From: Candidatus Woesearchaeota archaeon
Lineage (GTDB): Archaea; Nanobdellota; Nanobdellia; Woesearchaeales; SKIA01
Direction of reading: 5' to 3'
Assembly (NCBI GenBank): GCA_046704725.1
Contig: JBJKRI010000002.1
Location: forward strand, 1 to 64,000
Length of the DNA: 64,000 bases
Every line of letters starts with the position of its first letter. Positions within the stretch are counted from its first letter, which is position 1. This document shows, piece by piece, positions 1 through 10,112 of the stretch. Position numbers and translations under genes: made by a program. Below the pieces are notes generated by a model. That model had not been told where the DNA came from and made no database searches. It saw only the letters and a list, made by a program, of their open reading frames with translations.

Positions 1-945
1 GGCGTCGACATCCATGACGTGAAAGGGACCGGTCCCAACGGCCGCGTCACGGACGCTGACGTGCAGGCCGCCGCTGGCGGAACGCCCCAGCCTGCTGCCC
101 AACCTGCACCGCAACCAGCTTCTGCTCAACCCGCTCCTGCACCGCAACCCACACCTCAACCTGCACTGTCACAAGCTCCTTCGCAACCCGCTCCGCAAGC
201 ACCCGCGCCTGCTCAACCCGCTCCAGCACCGCAACGAGCAGCGCCCGCCACACCCGGACAGCTCATCCCGTACGACGGGAGGAGGAAGGCGATCGGCGAG
301 CACATGGTCCGCGCCCACGCCGCGGCGCACGTCACCGAGTTCGCCGACGCGGACGTCACGCTCCTCTATGAATTGCGAAAGCATCTCAAGGCGAAGGCGC
401 AGGCCAACGGCGTCAAGCTGACTTTCCTGCCGTTCTTCGCCAAGGCCGTGTGCGCGGCCCTCAAGGAGTTCCCCGTCCTGAACAGCCATTTCACGGACAA
501 GGGCATACAGACCTTCTCGGACGTGCATCTCGGCGTCGCCGTCGACACCGACAAAGGCCTGGTCGTCCCGGTCATCCGAGACGCCGACAAGAAGAGCGTC
601 GAGCAGCTCGCAAGAGAGCTCGCCGTCCTCGCGGACGCCGCGAGAAAGAACGCGCTCAAGCCCGAGCAGATCACGGGCAGCACCTTTTCCATCAGCAGCA
701 TCGGCCCGTTGCGCGTGCAGGGCTTCACGCCCATGCTCAACACTCCCGAGAACGCGATCCTCGGTATCGGCGCCATCCGCGACACGCCCTGGGCCGCGGA
801 AGGCAACATCGCCGTGCGAAAGGTCGTCACCCTCTCATTGACCTTCGACCACCGTGCCCTCGACGGGGCGGAGGCCGCTCGCTTCCTCTCGCGTCTCGTC
901 GAGCTCTGCGAGGATCCTGAATTATTGGTGTTGGAGGGAGTGTAG
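1..945 (+). CDS. pdhC: Dihydrolipoamide acyltransferase (E2) of a 2-oxoacid (probably pyruvate) dehydrogenase; 5'-truncated by the window edge
   Basis: E3-binding motif KGTGPNGRVTDADV, Pro/Ala/Gln linker, catalytic LSLTFDHRALDG; directly upstream of E3. Confidence 0.93.
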   Translation, partial: GVDIHDVKGTGPNGRVTDADVQAAAGGTPQPAAQPAPQPASAQPAPAPQPTPQPALSQAPSQPAPQAPAPAQPAPAPQRAAPATPGQLIPYDGRRKAIGEHMVRAHAAAHVTEFADADVTLLYELRKHLKAKAQANGVKLTFLPFFAKAVCAALKEFPVLNSHFTDKGIQTFSDVHLGVAVDTDKGLVVPVIRDADKKSVEQLARELAVLADAARKNALKPEQITGSTFSISSIGPLRVQGFTPMLNTPENAILGIGAIRDTPWAAEGNIAVRKVVTLSLTFDHRALDGAEAARFLSRLVELCEDPELLVLEGV

Positions 946-2352
946 ATGGTCATGGGACAGTCCGTCGCGGAGACGGAGGTCGTCGTCATCGGCGCGGGCC
1001 CCGGCGGCTATGTCGCCGCCATCAGGGCCGCCCAATTGGGTTTCGATGTCATGCTTATCGACAAGGCCGGCGAGCTTGGCGGCATCTGCCTGCACCACGG
1101 CTGCATCCCGTCAAAGGCGCTCATCCACGCGACGGGCTTGTACGAGAAGGCCCGTTCCTCGCAGGAGTTGGGCATCGACGGTTCGCTCACCCTCGATTTC
1201 GCCAAGACGCAGGCCTGGAAGAAGGGTGTCGTGGACAAGCTGTCCGGCGGCATCAAGGGCTTGTGCGAGAAGCACGGCATCCGTCTTGTCACTGCTTCTG
1301 CCAAGTTCGAGAATGACAAGCAGCTCATCGTCGAGGGGGAAGGCCTCGACTTCAATGCCGTCGAGTTCCGGCATTGCATCATCGCGACCGGCTCGCGCCC
1401 CAGACAACTCCCATGGGCGCCTTTCGGCGATAACGTCCTCTCCAGCCACGAAGCATTGGAGCTGTCCGAGGTACCCAAGCGTTTCTGCGTCGTCGGTGGC
1501 GGTTACATCGGCATCGAATTGGGCGTCATGTTCGCCAAGGCCGGCAGCCAGGTCACCGTCATCGAGGCGGGCCCTCGCATCCTCGGCGTCGTCGAGCCCG
1601 AATTGGGGGCGGTCGTCAAGCAACGTCTTTCTGAATTGGGCATCGACTTGCGCACTGAAACGAAGCTCGAGCGGCTCGAGCAACAAGATGATGGCGTGCA
1701 CGTCCACGCCGGCGGCCAGGAGCTCGTCGCCGACAAGGTGCTTGTCGCCATCGGCCGCGTCCCGAACACGGAGGGCCTGCAGCTCGATCTTGCTGGCGTC
1801 ACGCTTGACGAGCGCGGTTTCATCACTGTCGACGACCGTTTGCGCACCTCCAAGAGCCATATCTATGCTATCGGCGATGTCACTGGCGGCGTCATGCTCG
1901 CGCACCGCGCTTCCGCGCAGGGGAAGGTTGCCGCCGAGGTCATCGCCGAACAACCATCCGCTTTCGACCCCCAGGGCATCCCTGCCGTCGTATTCAGCGA
2001 TCCAGAGATCGCCACCGTCGGCCTTCGCGAGGAGGAGGCCAAGAAGCAGTACGGTGATATCAAGACCGGCGTCTTCCCGTTCACCGCCTTGGGAAAGGCG
2101 CTCGCCGTCCACGACACGAAAGGTTTCGTCAAGGTCATCAGTGATGCGAACGGCGTGATCGTCGGCGTGCACATGGTCGGTCCCGGCGTATCAGATTTCA
2201 TCAGCGAGGCCTCCTTCGCCCTCGAGATGGGCGCGACGGCAGAGGACCTGGCGCAGACCATCCACCCGCACCCGACCCTGTCCGAGAGCCTCTCGAACGC
2301 CGCCGAAGTACTGCGTGGCTTGAGCGTGGATATCTTCCAGCAGCCGAAATGA
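946..2352 (+). CDS. lpdA: Dihydrolipoamide dehydrogenase (E3)
   Basis: GAGPGGYVAAIRAAQLG, redox GGICLHHGCIPSK, GGGYIG, C-terminal HPHPTLSE. Confidence 0.97.
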   Translation: MVMGQSVAETEVVVIGAGPGGYVAAIRAAQLGFDVMLIDKAGELGGICLHHGCIPSKALIHATGLYEKARSSQELGIDGSLTLDFAKTQAWKKGVVDKLSGGIKGLCEKHGIRLVTASAKFENDKQLIVEGEGLDFNAVEFRHCIIATGSRPRQLPWAPFGDNVLSSHEALELSEVPKRFCVVGGGYIGIELGVMFAKAGSQVTVIEAGPRILGVVEPELGAVVKQRLSELGIDLRTETKLERLEQQDDGVHVHAGGQELVADKVLVAIGRVPNTEGLQLDLAGVTLDERGFITVDDRLRTSKSHIYAIGDVTGGVMLAHRASAQGKVAAEVIAEQPSAFDPQGIPAVVFSDPEIATVGLREEEAKKQYGDIKTGVFPFTALGKALAVHDTKGFVKVISDANGVIVGVHMVGPGVSDFISEASFALEMGATAEDLAQTIHPHPTLSESLSNAAEVLRGLSVDIFQQPK

Positions 2353-2353
2353 C

Positions 2354-2620
2354 TTATGTCTTCTTCTTCGCGGCGACCTTGCCGATCCACAGCGTCACGA
2401 GCACGGCGATGATCGTGACCACGATCGCGTAGGCGAACATCGCGATGAGGCTAGAGGCCGTCCCGAACAATTGCTTGAAGAGCTCCTGGATGGCCTGGTT
2501 CCATGCGAGCGCGGCGACCAGCCCGAAAGCCGCTGTCGCGAGCGCGGCGAATTTCTCCATGACGTCCTTGCTGATGACTTGGGCTTCATCGACTTTTGGC
2601 ATGCCCGTTCCAGGATTCAC
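2354..2620 (-). CDS. DUF5654-like small membrane protein
   Basis: TAAFGLVAALAWNQAIQ...YAIVVTIIAV signature, two TM helices. Confidence 0.8.
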   Translation of the reverse strand: MNPGTGMPKVDEAQVISKDVMEKFAALATAAFGLVAALAWNQAIQELFKQLFGTASSLIAMFAYAIVVTIIAVLVTLWIGKVAAKKKT

Positions 2621-2640
2621 CGGCTAATAAAACCATCTGT

Positions 2641-3117
2641 TCAGCGCACGATGATATCGCTCGCGTAGAGCGAGACCGTGTTATTGTGGAGATTGACGAG
2701 TTCCCGTGGTCGGAGCGGCTGTGACCGCTCCCCGTCGACAGAGACGATGACGCGCCCGTCCGTGCTGACCAGCACGACGCTCACATTCACCGGCTCGCTG
2801 AGGGGGACGGTGACTGTCTTTCCTTGCGGCAGCCAGAAGCGCACCCCGATGCGTCCGTCCGAGACGTGGAGAATCGCGCCGCTCGTCGGCGGGACCCAGT
2901 CCTGCGTGTTCGCCACGGCAAGAGTGAGGTTCGTGCCGTTCTCCCGCACGGGATATACATCCGTGATGTTCGCCTTGTCCGTCGTATTCGTCGTGTTGGT
3001 TGTGGACGGACTGGCGTTCGGCGGGGAAGTGTGTTGCGTCGGGGTATTGTTCAGCGTTGGCTGCACCGCCGTGCAGCCGACGACGAGCAATAAGAGCAGG
3101 ACTTCCGATCGCATCAT
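2641..3117 (-). CDS. Secreted/lipoprotein-like hypothetical protein
   Basis: Likely start MMRSEVLLLLLVVGC (lipobox-like Cys), Thr/Asn-rich linker; directly downstream of pta. Confidence 0.6.
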   Translation of the reverse strand: MMRSEVLLLLLVVGCTAVQPTLNNTPTQHTSPPNASPSTTNTTNTTDKANITDVYPVRENGTNLTLAVANTQDWVPPTSGAILHVSDGRIGVRFWLPQGKTVTVPLSEPVNVSVVLVSTDGRVIVSVDGERSQPLRPRELVNLHNNTVSLYASDIIVR

Positions 3118-3137
3118 ATCATGAAGCCGTTCGTGTT

Positions 3138-4088
3138 TTATGCGTTGCGCGTCGCTTGCCACGCCGTGACGTACGCGACTTCCACCACGTCCTGCGCGCT
3201 GCAGCCGCGCGAGAGGTCGCTCACCGGGCGTCGCAGGCTCGTGAGTATCGGTCCGATGGCTTGCGCCCCGCCGAAGCGCTGGACGAGCTTGTAGCCGATG
3301 TTGCCCGCGTCCAGGTCCGGGAACACCAGTACGGTGGCGTCGCCCTGCACGGGGCTGTCCGGCGCCTTGCTCTTTCCGACCGCTGGCACGATGGCCGCGT
3401 CGAGCTGCAATTCTCCGCCGACCTTCCAGTCTTTTCCCGCGTCCGCGACGAGCTTTCTCGCGAGTTCCGTCGCGTGCATCACCTTCTCCTGGTCGGGATG
3501 GCTCGCCGAGCCGACCGTCGAGAACGACAGCAAGGCGATGCGCACGGGAAGCCCGAGCCGTTCGGCTTCCTTTCCCGCGAGAAAAGCGATTTGCCCGAGC
3601 TGTTCTGCCGTGGGTTGCACGTTGAGCGCGCAGTCCGAGAAGACATAGTCGCCTTTCTCGTGGCGCATGACGAAATAGCTGCTGACAAGGCCCTCCCTGA
3701 GTATCTGCAACGCTGGGCGCAGGGTGTTGGCGGTCGGCCAGCTCGCCCCGCACACAAGGCCGTCCGCCTCTTTGGCGTCGAGCAGCATCGTGCAGTAGAA
3801 CGCCGGGTCGGCCAACGCTTTCTCCGCGTCTTCTTTGCTGATGCCCTTGTGCTTGCGCAGTTCGTGGTATTTATCGGCGTATTTCGCGGGTTCGATCGCT
3901 CGAATCTCGATGCCTTCGAGGGAGACGTCCGCTGCCTGCGCGATGTGGTGGAATGAGTCCGTTTCGCCCACGAGTATGGGCGTGACGATGCCTTCCTCCA
4001 AGAGTTGGTGCGCGGCCTTCACGATGCGAGGGTCGGCCTCGCACAAGAGGATGCGCCTTCCCTTCGCTGCGGTGCGGAAATCGATCAT
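3138..4088 (-). CDS. pta: Phosphate acetyltransferase
   Basis: DCALN, ALLSFST, GELQLDAA, VFPDLDAGNIGYK, DLSRGCS motifs; TATA (tttataa) about 25 nt before ATG 4088. Confidence 0.95.
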   Translation of the reverse strand: MIDFRTAAKGRRILLCEADPRIVKAAHQLLEEGIVTPILVGETDSFHHIAQAADVSLEGIEIRAIEPAKYADKYHELRKHKGISKEDAEKALADPAFYCTMLLDAKEADGLVCGASWPTANTLRPALQILREGLVSSYFVMRHEKGDYVFSDCALNVQPTAEQLGQIAFLAGKEAERLGLPVRIALLSFSTVGSASHPDQEKVMHATELARKLVADAGKDWKVGGELQLDAAIVPAVGKSKAPDSPVQGDATVLVFPDLDAGNIGYKLVQRFGGAQAIGPILTSLRRPVSDLSRGCSAQDVVEVAYVTAWQATRNA

Positions 4089-4125
4089 GCCGATCCACCG
4101 CGAAGCCCTGTTATAAATCCTGTGC

Positions 4126-4698
4126 TCACTTGCGCTTGTCGGGTCCGAATCGCTTGTAGGCGAGCCACAAGATGAGGACGAGCTCGACGCCGATGACGAC
4201 GGGCTTTGCCCACTTCGCGAAGTCGCTCCAGTAGATGGCCGTCGCCCAGAACATGGCGATGAGGCCGCCGAGGATGAATCCCGTGCCGATCCAGTCGTTG
4301 ATCTCTTTCTTGCGCGGCAAGAGCATTCCTGCAACGATGGCGAGCGCGCCGAGGATGGCGCCGAACCAGGCGTTGAACTGCCGGTCTTGCTTGTCGAACT
4401 GCATGGTGAGTTCGCTGCAGCTGCACACGTAGCGGTCGGCGCATCCCGAGCCGTTGTAGTGCGTCGTCAATCGTCCGGGGCACGCGTTTATCTGCGCTTG
4501 CGTCGGCGGCGGGATCTCGGTGCAGTTGCCTGCCTTGTACGGCGTCGGCGGGTACAGGTTGGCGCTCTGGTTCGCTTCAAGGCAGGTGCTCGGGTAGTTG
4601 TGCGCCGGCGCAAAAGCGTTCGCCACCGCGAACACGAATATCGCGAAGAGTATCGCTACCGCCAAGATGATTCCGAGCTTACGTATTTCGAGCGCCAT
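4126..4698 (-). CDS. Membrane protein with Cys-rich extracellular loop
   Basis: N-terminal TM, Cys-rich loop, three C-terminal TM helices. Confidence 0.75.
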   Translation of the reverse strand: MALEIRKLGIILAVAILFAIFVFAVANAFAPAHNYPSTCLEANQSANLYPPTPYKAGNCTEIPPPTQAQINACPGRLTTHYNGSGCADRYVCSCSELTMQFDKQDRQFNAWFGAILGALAIVAGMLLPRKKEINDWIGTGFILGGLIAMFWATAIYWSDFAKWAKPVVIGVELVLILWLAYKRFGPDKRK

Positions 4699-4751
4699 AT
4701 GCGTTGCGTAGCGTAATAGGAGCTATATAAGCCGTATGGATTGACGGATAA

Positions 4752-5891
4752 TCACAGTGCCAATCCCAGGCTGTCGCCGAGGATGGTGAGCACGCGTTCC
4801 ACGTCCGATTCTTTCACGGTCCCGCGCAGCTCGCAGCGCGCCGAGGCCTTGGAAAAACCGATGATGCCCTTGACGATGCGCGGTGACACTTCGATGAGCA
4901 GTTGCTTTTCCTTGCGCTTGATGGCGCGCGCCGCGTCCGTCACGCGCTTCTCCAGTCGTTTGGGGAATCGCACGTCCTGCTTTGTCGCGTGCGCGATGTA
5001 TGCTGTGAGGAATTCGTGCGAGTCCTTCTTGGGCGTTCCGCGCACGATCTTGCGCGCGATGTCCACGAACTGTTCCTCGTCGGGCCGCAACACGAGAAAG
5101 ACGATGTGGAACCTGCTCAATAATGCGGGCGCAAAAGGCAGTTGTTTCTTCAGTTTCGCTGGTGTGCCGCCGTCGAACTTGTCCCCCTTGGGGTTCGCTG
5201 TGGCGAGCACGCGCACGTCCGCGCTGAACTTCTCGTGCTTTCCGCCCTTGTCGTACGTGATGAATCCTTTCTCCATGGCGTTGTACAGCGATGCGCGGTC
5301 GTCGGTCGCCATGAGGTTGAGCTCGTCGATGCAGCAGATGCCCTTGTCGGCCATTGGCAATAGTCCGAGCTGCATCTCCCCTTTCGCGTAGGCCACGGAC
5401 AGTCCGGCCTTGGAGGTCCCGCTCCCCAATCCCATGCTGCTCTTTGGCGCGAGGTTCGCGGATCCGCGCAGTATCTCCGTCTTGCCTGTTCCCGGATCCC
5501 CCAACAGCAGGATGTGCATGCGCTCGTCGGCGAACAGCTGGAGCGCGACGGCTTGTTTCACGGATTCGCGGTCGAGGATCTCTGGTGCGATGGCTTCCGA
5601 GTATGCCTTGAAGGCGTGTGGCGCGAACGCCTCGAACGCTTCGTGGTAGGCGCGCTCGGAAATCGTCCGGTTCAGTTCCTCGTAGGCTTTTCCCGTGATG
5701 TGCACGAAGCTCTGGTGCACTCCGGGAACGTCGATGGTCTTCACCGAGAGCTTCGCTTTCCCCGTCGAGACACCCGTCTTGAGCTCGCTGTAGTCATCGG
5801 TGTCCAGCGTTTCGCGCAGTTGCCAGAGCAATGCTCCTGTCTCCTTGTCGTAGCCGTGGAGTTGCGTGTACAGCCAGTCGGAGAATCCCAT
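4752..5891 (-). CDS. MCM-family AAA+ ATPase lacking the canonical N-terminal domain (379 aa)
   Basis: HILLLGDPGTGKT, ADKGICCIDE, LYNAMEKG, LATANPKG, ALLSRF arginine finger. Confidence 0.88.
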   Translation of the reverse strand: MGFSDWLYTQLHGYDKETGALLWQLRETLDTDDYSELKTGVSTGKAKLSVKTIDVPGVHQSFVHITGKAYEELNRTISERAYHEAFEAFAPHAFKAYSEAIAPEILDRESVKQAVALQLFADERMHILLLGDPGTGKTEILRGSANLAPKSSMGLGSGTSKAGLSVAYAKGEMQLGLLPMADKGICCIDELNLMATDDRASLYNAMEKGFITYDKGGKHEKFSADVRVLATANPKGDKFDGGTPAKLKKQLPFAPALLSRFHIVFLVLRPDEEQFVDIARKIVRGTPKKDSHEFLTAYIAHATKQDVRFPKRLEKRVTDAARAIKRKEKQLLIEVSPRIVKGIIGFSKASARCELRGTVKESDVERVLTILGDSLGLAL

Positions 5892-5925
5892 GGGCGCTTG
5901 GAGATGTCCGTGTTTAAGAAGGTTG

Positions 5926-6426
5926 TCAGGCGAGCAACGCCCGCACGATGATGACGATGAGGAACAATGCGGCGAGCGCGAGTATCACGATGCTCTGGAT
6001 GTTCTGGTGGAACATGAGCCGCTTGTTGTTCGCGTGGATGTCCATCGTCTCGTTCACGATATCCGTGTAGGTCACGATGCCGATGAGCCCTTCCTTGTTC
6101 ACGACGGGCAGCCGGCGGATCTTCATGCTGCTGATGATGCGCATGCCTTCCTCGAGCGTCGCCTCTTCGCTGATCGTGACCAGCGAAGTCGTCATGACCT
6201 GACGGTTCTTGATTCGTTTGGGGTTCTTCCCCGGCTGGAGGACCCGCCGAACGAGGTCGCGCTCGGTGATTATGCCGATGGGGTTCTTGCTCGAGCCGGT
6301 GTCGGTGACCACCACGCAGCTGATGCTGCGCTCCGCCATTATGTCCACGGCGTGCTGGACGGTCTCGTCAGGACCGACGCTGATGACCCCTGTGGTCATG
6401 ATGTCCTTGATGCGCTGCGCGGTCAT
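5926..6426 (-). CDS. CBS-pair protein with C-terminal TM helix
   Basis: IGIITERDL and IRRLPVV..GIVTYTDI CBS motifs; hydrophobic tail. Confidence 0.88.
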   Translation of the reverse strand: MTAQRIKDIMTTGVISVGPDETVQHAVDIMAERSISCVVVTDTGSSKNPIGIITERDLVRRVLQPGKNPKRIKNRQVMTTSLVTISEEATLEEGMRIISSMKIRRLPVVNKEGLIGIVTYTDIVNETMDIHANNKRLMFHQNIQSIVILALAALFLIVIIVRALLA

Positions 6427-6515
6427 GTCGCGGAAATCGCGGGCGGCCTTTATAATGGTGTTGGAGCACCCTCCAGGAACGGCATCTTTATGAATCGGCA
6501 TGTGTGGGCCCTGAT

Positions 6516-6929
6516 ATGTTCGGTATCGGCGGCGACAAGTCCCCTTTCGAATCCTCCGACCCAGAGGGTTCGTTCCTCGCGTTCGTCCTGGAGCGCGAGC
6601 GAAAGGCGCTCGATATCGTGAATGCGGTGAAGGCCGGGCGCAAGGATGCGCCTTCGCTCATCGAGGGCGAGATCCTGAAATGGACGCTCCTGAACAAGAC
6701 CGGCGATTTCCTGACCGGCTGGATGCTGGGCGCGATCAACCAATCCCGTAGTCTGGGCGTTTTGCCTGCGTTGACCTCTCTGAGCACGGTGGCGAACGGC
6801 CCGCACATGCAAGAGGATCCGAAGACCGTGGTCAAGTACGCGCAGGATTTCAAGAGTCGCGTGGACCATTGGGTCAAGGACATGCGCAAGACCGTCGAGA
6901 CGCTCAACAAGGATGTGGACGCCGCGTAA
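6516..6929 (+). CDS. Hypothetical protein
   Basis: Coding-like codon usage; TATA-like tttatg about 25 nt upstream. Confidence 0.6.
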   Translation: MFGIGGDKSPFESSDPEGSFLAFVLERERKALDIVNAVKAGRKDAPSLIEGEILKWTLLNKTGDFLTGWMLGAINQSRSLGVLPALTSLSTVANGPHMQEDPKTVVKYAQDFKSRVDHWVKDMRKTVETLNKDVDAA

Positions 6930-6960
6930 GCCTTATTAATGCGGGTCGCGCTTTCCGCCC

Positions 6961-7491
6961 GTGGGATTATTGCATCGCGGTTCCAAGGACGTCGTCGAGG
7001 AGCTCGAAGCGGACGTCAAGGCCGAGCAGAGGCACATCCAGCAGGAGGAGGCGGGGCTCAAGGAGCTCTTCGTCTCGCTCAAGGGCGGTATCATCGATCG
7101 CTTGCTGCGCGGGGGCCGCGGCATGGACCGTGAGGGGCAGGTGCGTATCCTGCTCCAGCACGTGCGCCACGTCCTGGGCATCGCGCGCAAGATCGATGAC
7201 CAGTCGCTCATCGCGTCGTTCACCAAGGAGAAGCAGGTGGTCGAGCGGCTGCTTGATCTCCTCCAGGATTATCCCGACGCGGACCTCGCGAACCATCCCG
7301 ACGTGCGCGAGGCGCTCGTCGACGTGCAGAACATGCTCGAGGAGCAGCGCGAGCTCATCTTCGGCCACGAGCGCATCCTGCTCCAGGAGAAGCAGAACGT
7401 CGTTGCCATCCTGCAGCAGGTCGAGGCGTTGCGCAACGAGGAGGAGCAGACGCCGAGCGTCCGTTCCCGCCGCCCGACGGAGTTCATGTAG
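6961..7491 (+). CDS. Hypothetical coiled-coil protein
   Basis: Heptad-rich E/Q/L sequence; ttattaat box upstream of GTG. Confidence 0.65.
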   Translation: MGLLHRGSKDVVEELEADVKAEQRHIQQEEAGLKELFVSLKGGIIDRLLRGGRGMDREGQVRILLQHVRHVLGIARKIDDQSLIASFTKEKQVVERLLDLLQDYPDADLANHPDVREALVDVQNMLEEQRELIFGHERILLQEKQNVVAILQQVEALRNEEEQTPSVRSRRPTEFM

Positions 7492-7544
7492 CTACCGGAC
7501 GGCCCACCCCAAGCATTTTAACCGGTATCCGTCTTCCCTTGTCC

Positions 7545-8765
7545 ATGCGGTTCGCTCATCTCGCTGACGTGCACATCGGGGCCTGGCACGAGCAGAGGAT
7601 GCGCATTCTCGCCGACAGGGCCTTCCATGACGCTGTGGACCGGATCCTCTCTGAGAACGTGGATTTCGTCGTCATCGCCGGCGACCTCCTGCACACCGCC
7701 CTGCCGGGCATCGAGCATATCCGCCACGCGGTGCGCGAGCTGCAGCGGCTGAAGAACGCGGGCATCCCCGTCTATCTCATCGCTGGCAGCCATGACTTCT
7801 CTCCCACAGGTAAGACCATGCTGTCCGTCCTTGAGGAGGCGGGATTGGTGACTGACGTGTATCGTCCGGACGAGTCGGACGGCGCCCTCTCCTTGTCATT
7901 CACCGAGGACCCGAAGACGGGCGTCAAGCTCGCTGGCATCCTCGGCAAGGCCTCCTCGCTCGATCGCTCGTTGTATTCCCTGCTGGACCGCTCGTCCCTC
8001 GATGCCGACGGGACCAAGGTCTTCTTGTTCCACGCTCCTCTCTCGGAGCTCACGCCCAAGGAATTGCGTATCGCTTCCGAGTCGGTGAGCATGCTCCCTA
8101 AGGGCTTCGATTACTATGCGGGCGGCCACGTCCATGTCGTCGCTGACACTTCCTTGCCGGGCTATCCGCACGTCGTGTATCCCGGACCGGTCTTCCCCGC
8201 GTCGTTTCCCGAGCTCGAGCAGTTGCGCCACGGCGGTTTCGTGCTCGTGTCAGAGGATGGAGACGGTCTTTCTGTCGAGCGGGTCCCCATTCCCACCAAG
8301 CCCGTCGTCTCTGTCTCTCTTGATTGCGACGGCCTATCGGCGGAGGAGGTGGAGGAGCGTCTTTCCGAGCGGCTCGACACCGACCTCTCCGACGCTTTGG
8401 TGCTCGTGCGTCTTTCCGGCCGCTTGCGCAGCGGCAGCGCGAGCGACATCGACTTCCGTGGATTGTTCGCGCGCTGCGGGTCGCGCGGAGCGTATTTCTG
8501 CATGCGCAACACGGCCGCGCTGACCAGCCCGCAACTCCTCGACGAGGATCCCGTCTCCGTGCCGGCGGACGAGATCGAGCGTCGTGTCGTCGCCGACAGC
8601 GTCGGCCAGGTCCCCATCGAATTGTCCGAGAAGGAAGAGGCGCGCTTGTTCCACGACCTGCTCGGCGTCCTCGGGCGTGCCCAGGGCGATGGCGAGACCA
8701 AGAAGGATTACGAGCGTCGCGTCGTCGAGGACGCCCTCAAGCTCCTGCCGTCCGGCAGGGACTAG
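7545..8765 (+). CDS. mre11: Mre11/SbcD-family DNA repair exonuclease
   Basis: HLADVHIG, IAGDLLH, AGSHD, FLFH, YAGGHVH metallophosphoesterase motifs. Confidence 0.92.
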   Translation: MRFAHLADVHIGAWHEQRMRILADRAFHDAVDRILSENVDFVVIAGDLLHTALPGIEHIRHAVRELQRLKNAGIPVYLIAGSHDFSPTGKTMLSVLEEAGLVTDVYRPDESDGALSLSFTEDPKTGVKLAGILGKASSLDRSLYSLLDRSSLDADGTKVFLFHAPLSELTPKELRIASESVSMLPKGFDYYAGGHVHVVADTSLPGYPHVVYPGPVFPASFPELEQLRHGGFVLVSEDGDGLSVERVPIPTKPVVSVSLDCDGLSAEEVEERLSERLDTDLSDALVLVRLSGRLRSGSASDIDFRGLFARCGSRGAYFCMRNTAALTSPQLLDEDPVSVPADEIERRVVADSVGQVPIELSEKEEARLFHDLLGVLGRAQGDGETKKDYERRVVEDALKLLPSGRD

Positions 8766-9103
8766 GCCGCTCTCTGCAGTTTCGCGAGGAACTCGTCGTC
8801 CTCAAGCATGGTGGGATCGTGCTTCGCGATCCTCGATTCGATGTGGGCTATCGTCGCTTTGATGTCGTTCACGCGCTCCAGAAGCTCCTTTGTAGGGAAC
8901 GACGGAACGAGTGAGCCGTTCATCTGTCCTGCATACACATCCCTGAGCGCTATCAGACTATCGACGATGTCGTGGATCGCCTTGCGGTCTTCAGCCTTTA
9001 CCGCTTTGGTCGCGCGGATCTTCTGGTTCTCCAGCCAGGACCTGAATTCCCCTCGCTCCAGGTTGCTGACGCTATCGTCCTTGCCTTTCCTTTTGCCGAA
9101 CAT
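8762..9103 (-). CDS. Hypothetical protein
   Basis: 113-aa ORF with GGGG SD-like site, downstream of the nucleotidyltransferase. Confidence 0.55.
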   Translation of the reverse strand: MFGKRKGKDDSVSNLERGEFRSWLENQKIRATKAVKAEDRKAIHDIVDSLIALRDVYAGQMNGSLVPSFPTKELLERVNDIKATIAHIESRIAKHDPTMLEDDEFLAKLQRAA

Positions 9104-9161
9104 TCGTGTCCCCTACCTGTTATCGTTGCCAAGCGCTTTTGCGCGTGCACTGACTATCGCT

Positions 9162-10073
9162 TCAGCGATTGTCATTGCCCTGCACGACGGCGTTGCTTCC
9201 CACGAACAATTGCCCTTTCTGGTTCTTGACGATGCTGTCCGGGCCGATCACGCTGTGCGTCAGGTCGCTTGCGCTGATGCGCGCGTTCTGCATGACGATG
9301 CAGTTGAACAGCGTGCTCTTCTCGATGACCGCGCTCTTGTCGATGCCGTTCTCTTTTCTATCGCGTTTGCAGTACTCCTCGTTCGTCGAGAGTAATGTCT
9401 CGAACGTCCCGCAGTCGTGCCAGCCCTCGACGGGAACCACCTTGATGCGCTCGCCGTTCTTGGCCATGAGGTCGAGCGCTTCGGGGAAGTTGTACTCCCC
9501 TTTCGCCTTGATCTGCTTCTCGTAGAGCACGTCTATCATGCCGAACGCCGCGTCGTGCTTGCGCACGTAGTACATGCCGATGTTCACCAGGTTGCTCGGC
9601 GGCTCCTCCGGCTTCTCCAACAGCTCTGTCATGTAGCCGTCCTCGTCGATGGCGACCACGCCGAAGCGCCGCGCGTCCTCGACCTCCGCTGTCCAGATGA
9701 TGCCGTCGTCCTCTCCTTCCGTGATGACCTCGAGGTCCACGTCGAACAACGCGTCGGGGAAGATGACCAGGAAGTCTTCGTTCACGTACGGCTCTGCCAG
9801 TCTGATAGCATCGGCCGAGCCGTTGAGCGCTGTCTGTTCGAGGAAGCGCAGCGGGATGTCGTACGTCTCGATCGCCCAGTCCCTGATCTGTTGCCCGAGG
9901 TGTCCGGTGATGAGGATGATCTCCGAGACGTGCAATCCTTGCGTCTCCAGCACCATGTCGATCGTGCGCTGCAGGATGGGCTTTCCGGCGATGGGTATGA
10001 GCGGTTTTGCTGTCGTGTGCGTGATCGGGCGCAGGCGGCTGCCGTAGCCCGCGACTGGCAGGATGAGTTTCAT
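9162..10073 (-). CDS. Sugar-phosphate nucleotidyltransferase (glucose-1-phosphate thymidylyltransferase-like)
   Basis: ILPVAGYGSRLRPIT...KPLIPIAGKP, EKPE, WHDCGT. Confidence 0.92.
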   Translation of the reverse strand: MKLILPVAGYGSRLRPITHTTAKPLIPIAGKPILQRTIDMVLETQGLHVSEIILITGHLGQQIRDWAIETYDIPLRFLEQTALNGSADAIRLAEPYVNEDFLVIFPDALFDVDLEVITEGEDDGIIWTAEVEDARRFGVVAIDEDGYMTELLEKPEEPPSNLVNIGMYYVRKHDAAFGMIDVLYEKQIKAKGEYNFPEALDLMAKNGERIKVVPVEGWHDCGTFETLLSTNEEYCKRDRKENGIDKSAVIEKSTLFNCIVMQNARISASDLTHSVIGPDSIVKNQKGQLFVGSNAVVQGNDNR

Positions 10074-10112
10074 GCTTTTGCCCAGCGTTCCGTCGTTTAA
10101 AAGGTTAGTGGC

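Noticed and set aside
86-240. Tandem ~18-30 bp repeats (caacctgcaccgcaacc…)
   Set aside because: They encode the Pro/Ala/Gln linker of the E2 subunit and are not a CRISPR or non-coding array.
7545-8765. mre11 without adjacent rad50/herA/nurA
   Set aside because: The partners may simply lie elsewhere in the genome, which cannot be judged from one window.
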